A model generated the notes under the pieces. It ran no database searches. It saw only the letters and a program-made list of their open reading frames with translations, and was not told where the DNA came from. The translations under genes were made by a program, and so were the position numbers. Positions 9,132 to 19,225 of a stretch of 64,000 nucleotides of DNA are shown here, in pieces. The DNA is from an uncultured Candidatus Saccharibacteria bacterium. Its GTDB lineage: Bacteria > Patescibacteriota > Minisyncoccia > JAHISW01 > Tagabacteraceae. Each line of letters starts with the position of its first letter. Within the stretch, counting starts at the first letter, position 1. The stretch lies in assembly GCA_964601305.1 (NCBI GenBank), contig CAZRMW010000002.1, positions 3,439 to 67,438 of the forward strand, given 5' to 3'.

Positions 9132-10312
9132 ATATCTAAACTCCAGAGAGTAAAATCTTTTTTGTTTTGAAAGAAAAGATTGTTTTCATTCTTATCTAAA
9201 AATATATTAATAATATCTAAATTAGAATTATTATAAAGATTTTCTGTTGAACCATCTTTTAAATCTATTTTCCAAATAGAATCATTAAAAGAAATTACTC
9301 CTTTATACCAATCGTCTGGATAATAAGCGGAAGGAATAAAAGAAGGAACTGCACAAAATATTACATCTGTGTTTAATTTACTAAAGATACATTTTTCAGG
9401 TAATGTTTTATAAGACAAAATAGAGATTTTTTTATCACTAGTATTATATATTTTTGTAGAGAGCTCTTTGTTTATTGACTCACTATATATAATTTTATTG
9501 TCATTTGGGGAATGAAGAGTAGTTAACCCTTTTATACCTCCTAATAATTTTGTAAAAGAGTTATTTAAAGGATTTAATTTATATAGAAACCCATCTAAAA
9601 AAGCAGAAGGTTTTGTTTGAAGGGTAATGGTGTTTTTTTGTGGCCAATTAATTAAAAAATTACTATATTCTATTTCTAATATTTCTTTTTTGTTTTTATT
9701 TTCAAAAGTAGAAGTAAAACCAGAAGTTATAATATCTTTCAATAAATAAAATATTTTATTTTCGCTTGATGATACTGTAATTTGAGATGTGTTTAATGGT
9801 AAAAAAACACCAGATGTAGAAGTTGCCAAAGAATTTATAAGAAATGTTTTTACTTGCTCATAATTTTCTTCTTCTTTTATGTCTGTGTATTGAAGTATTA
9901 ATTTTGTAGTATCTTTGGACCAAACGGCATTAAAAATTTTAGGAATTGTATTTATACTTATTTGTTTTTTTTCTTGACCATTATTGTTTATTTCATAAAT
10001 ATGACCAGTAGATTTTTCTATATATTTTATTTTATTCCCATCAAAAACAGCTCCAACAATAGGTAAATTAATAATTTGTTTTAATTTTCCAAATTGTTGT
10101 CCTTCAGAAGTATCTTGAGTTTCTCTTTCAAATACATCGTCTATGGAAATTTGATCAAAAGAAAGTTCTTCTTCATCTGTAGGAAACAAAGTAGAGAAAA
10201 AACCTTTTTCTTCTTTTTTTTCGTCCGATGGCCACAGCAAATAAACCGAAAGAATAGTTATAATAACTAATCCTGTGACTATTCCTATTATTGTTAAATT
10301 TTTTCTAGACAT
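9128..10312 (-). CDS. Membrane-anchored extracellular protein, probable beta-propeller
   Basis: N-terminal TM, beta-rich body, TLPEKC..C and YPDDWY motifs; last gene of the T4SS-like run. Confidence 0.7.
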   Translation of the reverse strand: MSRKNLTIIGIVTGLVIITILSVYLLWPSDEKKEEKGFFSTLFPTDEEELSFDQISIDDVFERETQDTSEGQQFGKLKQIINLPIVGAVFDGNKIKYIEKSTGHIYEINNNGQEKKQISINTIPKIFNAVWSKDTTKLILQYTDIKEEENYEQVKTFLINSLATSTSGVFLPLNTSQITVSSSENKIFYLLKDIITSGFTSTFENKNKKEILEIEYSNFLINWPQKNTITLQTKPSAFLDGFLYKLNPLNNSFTKLLGGIKGLTTLHSPNDNKIIYSESINKELSTKIYNTSDKKISILSYKTLPEKCIFSKLNTDVIFCAVPSFIPSAYYPDDWYKGVISFNDSIWKIDLKDGSTENLYNNSNLDIINIFLDKNENNLFFQNKKDFTLWSLDI

Positions 10313-10323
10313 TTAAATTAAAA

Positions 10324-10896
10324 TTATTTAAAACAACATTCATTTCCCACCTGTGGTCCTGTGATATGTTTTATACATAGGCTATCGTCTGCAGGATTCC
10401 ATCCAGTACCTAATACATTATTATCACTACAACTTTCGTTATTTTGGGTAGAATAATTAGCCCAACTATAGATGTTTCCATCACTAGCTTTTGTTTTTGA
10501 CCCTTGGTTTTTAATTTCAAGTGGTGTAAGGCCTAAATCAAAATTTACTAAATCTGGATTTATAGTATTTAAAATTAAGTAAGAGCCTAAGATTAGTAAA
10601 ATCCCAAGTAAAGCTTGTGTAATCCTTGTTTTTGCTCTTCCTACTGTACTTTCATTTCCTCCGGCTGTGATATATTCAAAACCTCCAACTACTATCATAA
10701 CAACAGCTAAAATAGATCCAAGAACTATAGAAAATTGATATATCCTATTTGCATAGTCGGCTATACTTCCAACAGGTGCTGTTCCTCGCCCAGCGTATTC
10801 AGGGCTTAAAACACTAGCATAAACCAAACTGAAAGAAAAAAAGAATAATATTGTGAAAAGTATTGCGGATAATATGTTATGTGTTTTATGTTTCAT
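10324..10896 (-). CDS. VirB2/TrbC-like pilin with Cys-rich C-terminal extension
   Basis: LAVVMIVVGGFEYITAGGN..AKTRITQALLGILLILGSYLILNTINPDL signature. Confidence 0.85.
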   Translation of the reverse strand: MKHKTHNILSAILFTILFFFSFSLVYASVLSPEYAGRGTAPVGSIADYANRIYQFSIVLGSILAVVMIVVGGFEYITAGGNESTVGRAKTRITQALLGILLILGSYLILNTINPDLVNFDLGLTPLEIKNQGSKTKASDGNIYSWANYSTQNNESCSDNNVLGTGWNPADDSLCIKHITGPQVGNECCFK

Positions 10897-10905
10897 GTTT
10901 TATGA

Positions 10906-11862
10906 TTAGAAACTTATACTTAATATTTCTTCTGCAAATTGCAAAATATTTGAAATGTTTTTTGAATTAAGATTTATGGTTGTGCTACCAGAAACATCAA
11001 TTGGTTTTTCTAAAAACAAAGTTCTTTTGTTTTTGCTTTCTAAAATTTCTTCATTATTCATATTCCATTCAAATGAAATATCTTCATCTTTTGTTTTTGA
11101 AAAGAAAAATGGTTCAGCAATTATATTAATTGTATCATTTAGTAAAGAAAAAGTATTAACAATGGGATTGTTGTATAAAACCCCTAAAAGTGGATGATCT
11201 TCATAAAAAATTACATTAGGCTCTATGTCGCTTGTAGAAATTCTAGTATTTTTTTCAAAAACAATACTTTTATCAGAATTTGAAATTTTAACACCTATGA
11301 CATTGTCGTTATAATTATCTATAGAAAAATTAAAGGTGTTTTTACCATACCCTGAAGCATTTAAAACTTTTTCATAATTTAAATACCACTCGTATTGTAA
11401 TTTAGATGTTGATAATCTTGATGATCCAGAGTAAATATATGGAATAGCTAACACATCTATTTGTGATTGTACTACTGGTAATGGGCTTCCTAGGTACCAA
11501 TAAGGGGTGTATGTATTTGGCTCTATAAGTATATCTATATCATTTCCTTTTATAGATAAACTTTTGCTAATATTTACACCAGAATCTGTTGTTATATACA
11601 CAGACAAACTTTTTGTTTTTCCTAGGTTTGGCATTTCAAAATTTATCATTTTCTCACCAACACCTTTTTTGACTGTTTTTCCACTTAAAACCCAAGTAAT
11701 ATTACTTCTGTTTACATCAAAACTATTGCTATTTATTTTTAGTGTAGCTTCTTTGTTTGGAAGAGGATAAGAGGGAATAAAATTAACACTAAAATCCTCA
11801 CCAATAGCATAGCTATGTTGAGCAAAGAAGATTAAAAATAATATTGTTAATACTTTTTTCAT
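10906..11862 (-). CDS. Secreted protein with Ig-like repeats
   Basis: Signal peptide; repeated (F/Y)EWxxN beta-sandwich motifs. Confidence 0.7.
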   Translation of the reverse strand: MKKVLTILFLIFFAQHSYAIGEDFSVNFIPSYPLPNKEATLKINSNSFDVNRSNITWVLSGKTVKKGVGEKMINFEMPNLGKTKSLSVYITTDSGVNISKSLSIKGNDIDILIEPNTYTPYWYLGSPLPVVQSQIDVLAIPYIYSGSSRLSTSKLQYEWYLNYEKVLNASGYGKNTFNFSIDNYNDNVIGVKISNSDKSIVFEKNTRISTSDIEPNVIFYEDHPLLGVLYNNPIVNTFSLLNDTINIIAEPFFFSKTKDEDISFEWNMNNEEILESKNKRTLFLEKPIDVSGSTTINLNSKNISNILQFAEEILSISF

Positions 11863-11866
11863 ATTT

Positions 11867-12235
11867 TTATTCTGTATATATTTTTATTAGCGTAGCTCCA
11901 ATGCAAACTGGTAATATTCCTATAAAAAAATCTGCGATACTTCCTAAACCAATTGTATAGGCGGTCTTTGAAATTTTCTTACCACCAAATTTTAAATAAA
12001 GCATTCCTCCCCATATAAAATTAAACACAATAGCAGTGTAGGGAATCAAACCTAAAATATCGAAAAATACTGCCCAAGCTAAAATCATCCAATGTTTAGA
12101 AATCTTTTTTCTAAAAGATAATATATTTATGGCCTCTTTTATTTTTTCAACTTTCTTACTTAAACTCTTTTTTTTCTTTCTAGACTGTTGGAGTTTGAGT
12201 AGGCGGTTGTTTTCTTGTTGTGTTGGTTGGGGCAT
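11867..12235 (-). CDS. Small membrane protein
   Basis: Two hydrophobic D..G.LP segments; overlaps the VirB4 3' end. Confidence 0.6.
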   Translation of the reverse strand: MPQPTQQENNRLLKLQQSRKKKKSLSKKVEKIKEAINILSFRKKISKHWMILAWAVFFDILGLIPYTAIVFNFIWGGMLYLKFGGKKISKTAYTIGLGSIADFFIGILPVCIGATLIKIYTE

Positions 12236-14072
12236 TTTGTTGTGGTTGTGTTAATGTTTGTTTGGCTTTTTTAATTGCCAAAAGTTGTCCAGGATCAGAA
12301 GTAATAATTTGGTCTTCAGTATAAGAAGCGATAACTTTTACGGCCACATGTTTTAGGCCGGCAAAAAATATTCCTTCACCCACATCAGATTCTAAAAGTA
12401 AAAATTTTTCTTCATCTGTTAATTTAAATATTTTTTGAAGACCATCTATAGCAGCGGGGGATTGTTTCAACAAAATTTGCATAGCTGAGTTTGTAATAAT
12501 AGGGCTTCCGTAAGGAGACTTTAAAAAATCTCCAACATCTTGAGTAATGGTGGCTAAACCTAGATAATATTTTCTACATCTTTTTGCAATATGTGTTAAA
12601 AAAGATGCTCCATCGTCTGATTTCATCATCCACCAAGCTTCATCAATAACCAAAAGTCTCTTTTTTAATTTTCTTCGAACAGAGTTCCAAATAAAGTGCA
12701 TAATAAGGTACATTGCTACAGGCCGAAGGTCATCTTCCATATCACGAACAGAAAATGTAATAAATTTTTGGTTTATATCTACATTTGTTGGTTGATTTAT
12801 AAATCCGGCCCATGTACCTTGAGTATATTTTTTTAAGTTTTGAGCCATTCTTTCTCCTCCCTCCATACTAGCCAAAACCAATTCTAAATCTGAAAGAATT
12901 GGAGGAACTTTATTTGTAAAATCAGACTCTGGAGTAATATCTCTAGAAGCATATGCTTCTGTAATCCCTCTATCTAAAATAGAATCTTCTTCTGGAGAAA
13001 GACCACCAAGCATTATTCTAAAAAGACCAACAAGATTTATAATATGAGACCTGAGTACATCTGAAGGAGACTCATCTTCTCGAGGCAAAGGCAAATCAAA
13101 AGGATTTATATGATGTTTAGATGTAAGAGAAATATTAAAATAATGTCCTCCCACTGTTTGAGTAAGATATTCGTACTCTTTTTCTGGATCAATAATAATT
13201 ACATCTATGCCATACATTAAAGATCTAAGAACTTCTAATTTCATAGCATAAGATTTTCCAGAACCTGCTTTAGCAAACGTTACGGAGTTATAATTTTCAA
13301 GAGAAAATCTATCAAAAAGAACTAAACTATTATTGTGTCTATTTATTCCATAAAGAATTCCTTTGTTTGAAGTAAGATCAAAAGAAACAAAAGGAAAGAG
13401 ACTAGATACAGGGGAAGAATTCATTTTATTGTGTACACTAAGTTTGTCTTCACCTAAAGGAAAAGATGTTTCTAATCCTTCTGCTTGTTGAAACAGAGCG
13501 GGTTTTGAATAAACAAGCTTTGATTCCATTGAAGATTTTACTTCTTTTTCTACAGAGTCTAATTCTTCTATACTGTCGGCATAAATAGTGATATATAATC
13601 CTAGATTAAAAAGTCTTTCTTGTGCTTGAGTTAGTTTATCTCTTAAATCTTCTAAATCTTGGTAAGCAGTGTCCAGCATAGGGTCTCGTATAAGACTTTT
13701 TTCTTCTCTTATACTAATTTGAGATTGGACTTCAGCAACTTTTTTCTGAAGTTGTTTAAGTACATAAGAGGTATCAACAGGATGAATAAATATAGAAATA
13801 TCAAAAATTTTATCCATATTTATAATTGGAGAAAACCACCCAACAGATAAAAATCTGGGATAACTAAAAACAAAAAGTGTTTTGGCTACTTTGTTTCCAA
13901 GGCGAACATAATTTGGTGTAATCTGCATTGCAGATGGAGCTATAATATCTTGAAGTTCTAGAACACTTTGTGAATGAATATCTTGAGGAAAAACCGGCAA
14001 AATACTTTCTTTTTCTTGCCCTGCTTTGAGAGGTTGTTGTTTCCCTTTTTTAAAAAAATCGAATAATGCCAT
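12180..14072 (-). CDS. virB4: VirB4-like T4SS ATPase
   Basis: AKAGSGKS Walker A, IIIDPEKEY, LVIDEAW, RKY, ITQD. Confidence 0.92.
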   Translation of the reverse strand: MALFDFFKKGKQQPLKAGQEKESILPVFPQDIHSQSVLELQDIIAPSAMQITPNYVRLGNKVAKTLFVFSYPRFLSVGWFSPIINMDKIFDISIFIHPVDTSYVLKQLQKKVAEVQSQISIREEKSLIRDPMLDTAYQDLEDLRDKLTQAQERLFNLGLYITIYADSIEELDSVEKEVKSSMESKLVYSKPALFQQAEGLETSFPLGEDKLSVHNKMNSSPVSSLFPFVSFDLTSNKGILYGINRHNNSLVLFDRFSLENYNSVTFAKAGSGKSYAMKLEVLRSLMYGIDVIIIDPEKEYEYLTQTVGGHYFNISLTSKHHINPFDLPLPREDESPSDVLRSHIINLVGLFRIMLGGLSPEEDSILDRGITEAYASRDITPESDFTNKVPPILSDLELVLASMEGGERMAQNLKKYTQGTWAGFINQPTNVDINQKFITFSVRDMEDDLRPVAMYLIMHFIWNSVRRKLKKRLLVIDEAWWMMKSDDGASFLTHIAKRCRKYYLGLATITQDVGDFLKSPYGSPIITNSAMQILLKQSPAAIDGLQKIFKLTDEEKFLLLESDVGEGIFFAGLKHVAVKVIASYTEDQIITSDPGQLLAIKKAKQTLTQPQQNAPTNTTRKQPPTQTPTV

Positions 14073-14074
14073 AT

Positions 14075-14743
14075 TTATTGTTGTTTATTAGTTTGTACTA
14101 AAGATGTTTTTTCTGTTTCCCCAGGATTGTATAAGCTGTGAAAAAGCTCTATAAGACCTTCTGTTTCTAATGGCATAGATCTTATGCCTACTCTTGCAAG
14201 TCCTTGTATTACAACGTCTGCTCGTTGTTGAAGTTGTATTTTTCTTTTTTCAAATTCTTCTTGAGGTGTAGTTGTTTGATCTTGTTTCTTTTTGAAAATA
14301 TTTGTAAAAAAATCAGAAACGGGATTTTTTTTAGTTTCAAGTATTGTTGGAGTATATGGTACTACTACATAGAAAGATTTAGTAACAATTTTTGTAGCAG
14401 TTACAAATTCTCTTATAAATTCTATATATTCTTTTGTCTGTATTTTTAAAAGTTCGTCTGTTTGTTCTTGTTCTTTTTGTTTTAAAATATCTATATAACT
14501 TTCTATATTTAATCCTCTAGATTGGATAAAAAATTGTATATGAAAATCTAAAGAGTTTAAAAAGTTTTGGTATTGAAGTATTATGGCTTCCTGCTCTTCT
14601 GTTGATTTTAGCGCGAAGTTTAAAGAAGAGGCCATAATTACCATACGAAGAGAATCGTCTTTTAAAATTAATACATCATCTTTTACTTCTTTTATAGAAA
14701 TAAGTTGTTGTGATGCTTTACTTGTTGTTTGTTGGTCTACCAT
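14075..14743 (-). CDS. VirB4/TraC N-terminal-like accessory protein
   Basis: SLNFALKSTEEQEAII..FLNSLDF motif; between PrgI and VirB4. Confidence 0.75.
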   Translation of the reverse strand: MVDQQTTSKASQQLISIKEVKDDVLILKDDSLRMVIMASSLNFALKSTEEQEAIILQYQNFLNSLDFHIQFFIQSRGLNIESYIDILKQKEQEQTDELLKIQTKEYIEFIREFVTATKIVTKSFYVVVPYTPTILETKKNPVSDFFTNIFKKKQDQTTTPQEEFEKRKIQLQQRADVVIQGLARVGIRSMPLETEGLIELFHSLYNPGETEKTSLVQTNKQQ

Positions 14744-15168
14744 TATTTTTCTTGTTTATTATCTGATTTTATATCTAAACTCCATGCTAAATCGCTAAGT
14801 TTTTCTTTTGTTAATTTAGGAGCTACAACTTGTTGTACTTGGGAAGGTTGTGTTTCAGGTTTCTTAATAACCTCTTTTTTAGGTGTCCTCGGTTGTTTTT
14901 TCCATGTATAAATTTTGTTTTTGGTAAAATAACTAAAAGCGTTTTCTAAAACTACTATAAAAGGTTTGTTGTTTATTTTGTAGAAGGCGAGTGCGGCTGC
15001 TAAAGCTGCAACAGGGATAGCAAGTAGTACAAATATAAAAAATGGGAAAATAATATAAAGTAAAAATATTATAGCACCTCCTCCAACAAGATAGATAAAT
15101 TGTTTGAGTGTTAGCGGCCCAAATATTTTATCTTCTACTTCTATAAATTGTGGCACTTGATATCTCAT
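14743..15168 (-). CDS. PrgI-family (VirB3-like) membrane protein
   Basis: VPQFIEVEDKIFGPLTLKQF plus two TMs. Confidence 0.88.
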   Translation of the reverse strand: MRYQVPQFIEVEDKIFGPLTLKQFIYLVGGGAIIFLLYIIFPFFIFVLLAIPVAALAAALAFYKINNKPFIVVLENAFSYFTKNKIYTWKKQPRTPKKEVIKKPETQPSQVQQVVAPKLTKEKLSDLAWSLDIKSDNKQEK

Positions 15169-15201
15169 TGTTTTATTTTATCACTAAATCTTTTAAATCT
15201 C

Positions 15202-15852
15202 CTAGTTTGTAGGTTCGCGGTATGGATCAGATCCTTTATATTTTGGTTCTGAAACAGGAGCTCGGTGCACTTCTTTTGTTCTTTTTTCAAAAATTTTATT
15301 GTCCCGTTTTTGTTTATTATTTATGTCAAACTTTTTAGGCAATGTTTGTGTGGGTGTAGGCTTTGTAGGTAGGGGAGATATTGGTTTTGATTCGGCAGTA
15401 GGGGAAGATTTTGGTATTTCTAAAACAGGTTCGCTTTTTTCTTCTTGATTTTTAACTGTAAATGTTTGTTGGGGTGTAATTATAGAAGACACAGGAGGTG
15501 TTGGTGTTTCTGTCTTCAGGGTTTCTTCTTCCTGACTATGAATTTTTCTTAAAGAACCTCTTATTTTTTTAAAAATCTTTTCGTTTATTTCGTGCGCAAT
15601 TTTTTTTGCTACCTCGTTGTCTATTTCCATTCTTGTAGCTAGGTTTTTTATAAAATTATTTGGGTGAGTAACTCCAAGCATAAATAAACCAGTTTCGTCT
15701 GTCATCGTGCTCGTTTTCATCGTTGTCAATTTATTTTCTTGCCCAATTTTTTGGAGAATTTCTCCTGTTTCTGAAGCCGAATAAGATCTCTGTATATCAG
15801 GAGGTAACTTACTAATTTTTTCTTGTAATTGTTGGAGTGTTAATTTTGCCAT
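15202..15852 (-). CDS. Conserved hypothetical protein
   Basis: Helical N-terminus, Pro/Thr linker, C-terminal DPYREP motif. Confidence 0.75.
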   Translation of the reverse strand: MAKLTLQQLQEKISKLPPDIQRSYSASETGEILQKIGQENKLTTMKTSTMTDETGLFMLGVTHPNNFIKNLATRMEIDNEVAKKIAHEINEKIFKKIRGSLRKIHSQEEETLKTETPTPPVSSIITPQQTFTVKNQEEKSEPVLEIPKSSPTAESKPISPLPTKPTPTQTLPKKFDINNKQKRDNKIFEKRTKEVHRAPVSEPKYKGSDPYREPTN

Positions 15853-15853
15853 T

Positions 15854-17611
15854 TTATCTATATTGGTCTAATATGTTTGTTCCTTGTGGGGTGAGAGCCC
15901 AAGCCGCTGCAGATTTATTACCCGCTGTTTTTAAGGCTTGTGCTATCGTGTTAGGATCTCCCCCTAGACTATTTAAATGTTTGAACATAGTTTCAGCAGC
16001 GAAACCACCTTTGTTTGAAATATCAGAAAGCTCCTTGTTGCTAATGGTTTTTTGAAGATTACTAAGTTCGGATTGTGTAATTGTTGCTGCTCCAGCATTG
16101 TCTTTTTTTCCAAGTTTTCCAATATCTTTTCCTCTTTGTACTTTTCCATATTCTTTCTTTGTCTTTTCGAACTCTTCTATCCCTAATGCTCCAGTGTCTT
16201 TATGTGTAAGTTTGTCATAAGTTTTCTGGAAACTATCATCTGCTTCGACTAATTGCACCCTTTCTCTTGCGCTCATTTTTCTAAACATTTCGTCTCGGGC
16301 TTTTTTATCTTGTAAGCGCCCTTGCCCTAGTCTTGTTAAATACTCAGCTCTTTGTTTTGGAGAGAGAGTCATACCCCTTGCTACTAATTGATCTATTTCT
16401 TCTTTTCTTCCCCCAACCTCAGATATTTTTCTTAATCTGTCTGCTGTCCACCCACCAACAACAGGAGATCTTGCGGTGAGTTTTTCTAATTGTGGATTTA
16501 TGTATTTTTCTCCAGCTCTGGCAACAGTAGCTCTTGCTGCAAATTTACCAACATTTCCTGCATAGCCTTGGAGTTTTCCTTTAGTCCAATTTGCTGCTTG
16601 CACACCCATACTGGCACTTTTGTCTCCCATAATTTTAGCAATTTGTAGACACCCAAGCATTAAGATAATAAGAGTTACATAATTTACAAAAATTGCAGTG
16701 TTTGATGGGTCCATTATAAACCCATTAAAACCATCTTTGCTTCTGCCAAGTATTCCGTGTATTCCATTTGTAGACTCTATGGTTTTAACCACCAAATAAA
16801 ACATAAAAAGAAAGGCAGGGGCAAAGAAAGCTTGATTAAAAAGTCTTTTAAACCAGTCTTGGAAGTGTGTTTCAGTTTTTGGAAGTATGTTTGCTACAAA
16901 AGCCAAGGGAGCAAGAATCATAAGTATAGACAATACCACAGATCGTAAAATAAACATTATTCCTCCAGCAAACAAAGTGAACGCTGTTACAAGAGATATG
17001 GTGCATGCAAAAAGATAGGTTAAGATAACTCTCATCGTTGCTTGAGTTCCTGTTTGAAATGTATTTTCTGTTTTTGGAAAAACTGTCTGTGGTTCTATGC
17101 CACTAACAAAAGTTTCAGACAAACTCACATTTGCCGATGGTTTTATATTGTTGTAAAATTCTTGAGCCAAAACATTTGAGGCGCTAATAACTGTTTGGCT
17201 TATTATTAAACTAAAATTTACAAGAAGGGCTATAATAATTACTTTTACTAAAAGCTCTTTTACACCATAGCCACTAATTTGCAAAATTGTAGCAATACCA
17301 ATATATATCAAAATAAATATAAAACAGAGGTTTGCCAAATCTCTTGAAATTCTCCAACCATCTTCTACAAGACCCGAGCCTTGAAGTGCGGAGTTGTTTA
17401 TAGATACATTTATAGCTGCATCAAAGAAAAATCCAGAGGCAGCAAGAACCCAATTGCAGACAAGGAAAGCCATACTTCCGATGGCTGCGGGAAAATATGA
17501 AAATCCCTTATCAACCATATCCCAAAATCCAACAGCATGGGTAGTCTTTGGTCCTAAAAATACCCCAAGCGCAACTATAACTATTAAAATGTATGGTAAA
17601 TATTTTTTCAT
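15854..17611 (-). CDS. VirB6/TrbL-like polytopic membrane protein
   Basis: GWRISRDLAN, ALLVNFS, LRSVVL..LAPLAF..LP; multiple TMs and a soluble C-terminus. Confidence 0.78.
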   Translation of the reverse strand: MKKYLPYILIVIVALGVFLGPKTTHAVGFWDMVDKGFSYFPAAIGSMAFLVCNWVLAASGFFFDAAINVSINNSALQGSGLVEDGWRISRDLANLCFIFILIYIGIATILQISGYGVKELLVKVIIIALLVNFSLIISQTVISASNVLAQEFYNNIKPSANVSLSETFVSGIEPQTVFPKTENTFQTGTQATMRVILTYLFACTISLVTAFTLFAGGIMFILRSVVLSILMILAPLAFVANILPKTETHFQDWFKRLFNQAFFAPAFLFMFYLVVKTIESTNGIHGILGRSKDGFNGFIMDPSNTAIFVNYVTLIILMLGCLQIAKIMGDKSASMGVQAANWTKGKLQGYAGNVGKFAARATVARAGEKYINPQLEKLTARSPVVGGWTADRLRKISEVGGRKEEIDQLVARGMTLSPKQRAEYLTRLGQGRLQDKKARDEMFRKMSARERVQLVEADDSFQKTYDKLTHKDTGALGIEEFEKTKKEYGKVQRGKDIGKLGKKDNAGAATITQSELSNLQKTISNKELSDISNKGGFAAETMFKHLNSLGGDPNTIAQALKTAGNKSAAAWALTPQGTNILDQYR

Positions 17612-17614
17612 CTT

Positions 17615-19225
17615 TTATATATTGGTTACTCCTCCACCTCCCCCTCCTGGTGGTCCATCAGAGCCACTGTTAGAACCACTATCGTCGCTGTCATCACTTG
17701 TTCCCCCTCCGCCAGTGCTACTAAAATTCACAATGATTTTTTTAGTTTCTGTGTCGTAAAGTTCTTCGTTGTCTTGAACTCTTAAAATAATTGTCTTTTG
17801 TGTTGCTGATTTATATTTAATTTGTAATTCTCCTGGCTTAGCATCGCTTGGAATTTGAATTGAGAAGTCTCCTCCAGGGGTTGTAATACCAGCACCTTCA
17901 ACAATTTTTTCAAAAGTTCCATTTTTATCTTCATCTGTTGCCCACCAGTCGTATATTCCATCTCCATCAAAATCCCATTCATAAGAAATTATTTGGTTAG
18001 AGCTGTCGTTATCTTTAGAGTCCGATGGGTCTAGAGTAAAAAAGATACCTTCTGTTATTTGTATAATACCTTTTGGATTTACATCAAATTTTGCGATTGG
18101 TTTTGTAGATCCTCCTGTTGTTTGGGAAGTAGAAGAGTCTCCATTAGAACCGCTAGCTATAGCAGCCTCTACAGCAGCTTGATTAAATTCAAATGAAGGA
18201 GTTCCGTCGTAAAGTCCTGAGTTTTCTATGGCAGAAGCGTCACCACTACTGCTTATATCATCAGAGGTAAGGGCTGCAACCCCATCGTTTATAAGTCTAT
18301 TTATAAGCGCGTCTGTGATAGCTACCATATATGATTCCCACTCTTCGTTACTCATCAACCAGTCTACAGCACTATACGTGGCTTTCGAAAATCCTTCTCC
18401 TATTGTTTGAGCAGGTGTTCTTGTTTCCCACCTTGCGCAAGTGTATCCATTTGGTATATCTTCTTCTTTCCATGTGCCACTTTTGCTCCCATTTCTGCTT
18501 ATAACTTCTCTACAAACCTTATCATTTCTAAATCCTCCACCGGCCATCGCCTCATTTTTAGCAGCTTCTTCTGCTTCCTCTTCTTTTATAAACATTTCTT
18601 CCATTGTTATTAAATAAACTCCGTAAGGGTTGTTTTGATTTTCTGCAATTTTTATCCAAGCGTCCCAACCTCCATTTCCAAAATCGTTCATATAGTCGTT
18701 CCAAGCTACACCTATATCTGAAAGAGTACACTTTGTGGTGTTTTTAAATCTTTGCGGTGTGTTTAAGCCTATGTATATGTGTGGCGCCCAGTTTGGATTA
18801 CACAAACTATTCATTACATCAGGTCCAAGCATTTGCTCTAGTACTTGCCCTCCAGCCTGGTCTCCAATGTCTGTAAGAAAAGATTTCCAGTCTGAAACAA
18901 ATTTTGGTTTTCCACCTCCCTGTATCCAAGTAATTATTTCATTAGTAATTGTGTCTAGTAGGAGTTTTCTAAATTTTGCCATAGCTATTCTCATAAGAGT
19001 TTGGTCTTCGTCCCATGCCCATTTAAAAAGTTCAAACTTTTTTTTCCAAGCAAACTCTACAGCATCTCTTACTATTTGAGTAATTTGATCCCATACAGTT
19101 GCACAGTTTGAACAAAAAATGGCCTCTGTTTTTTTAGGATAGAGCAACCCACTTGTTAGAGAAAAACAGAAAAAAATCAGCAAGACTGTGGCAAAGGATT
19201 TTTGGTTGTTTTTAAAAAAATACAT
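17615..19225 (-). CDS. Exported protein with C-terminal PKD-like domain
   Basis: Signal peptide, WIQGGG.P, paired Cys, SYEWDFDGDG PKD motif. Confidence 0.75.
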   Translation of the reverse strand: MYFFKNNQKSFATVLLIFFCFSLTSGLLYPKKTEAIFCSNCATVWDQITQIVRDAVEFAWKKKFELFKWAWDEDQTLMRIAMAKFRKLLLDTITNEIITWIQGGGKPKFVSDWKSFLTDIGDQAGGQVLEQMLGPDVMNSLCNPNWAPHIYIGLNTPQRFKNTTKCTLSDIGVAWNDYMNDFGNGGWDAWIKIAENQNNPYGVYLITMEEMFIKEEEAEEAAKNEAMAGGGFRNDKVCREVISRNGSKSGTWKEEDIPNGYTCARWETRTPAQTIGEGFSKATYSAVDWLMSNEEWESYMVAITDALINRLINDGVAALTSDDISSSGDASAIENSGLYDGTPSFEFNQAAVEAAIASGSNGDSSTSQTTGGSTKPIAKFDVNPKGIIQITEGIFFTLDPSDSKDNDSSNQIISYEWDFDGDGIYDWWATDEDKNGTFEKIVEGAGITTPGGDFSIQIPSDAKPGELQIKYKSATQKTIILRVQDNEELYDTETKKIIVNFSSTGGGGTSDDSDDSGSNSGSDGPPGGGGGGVTNI

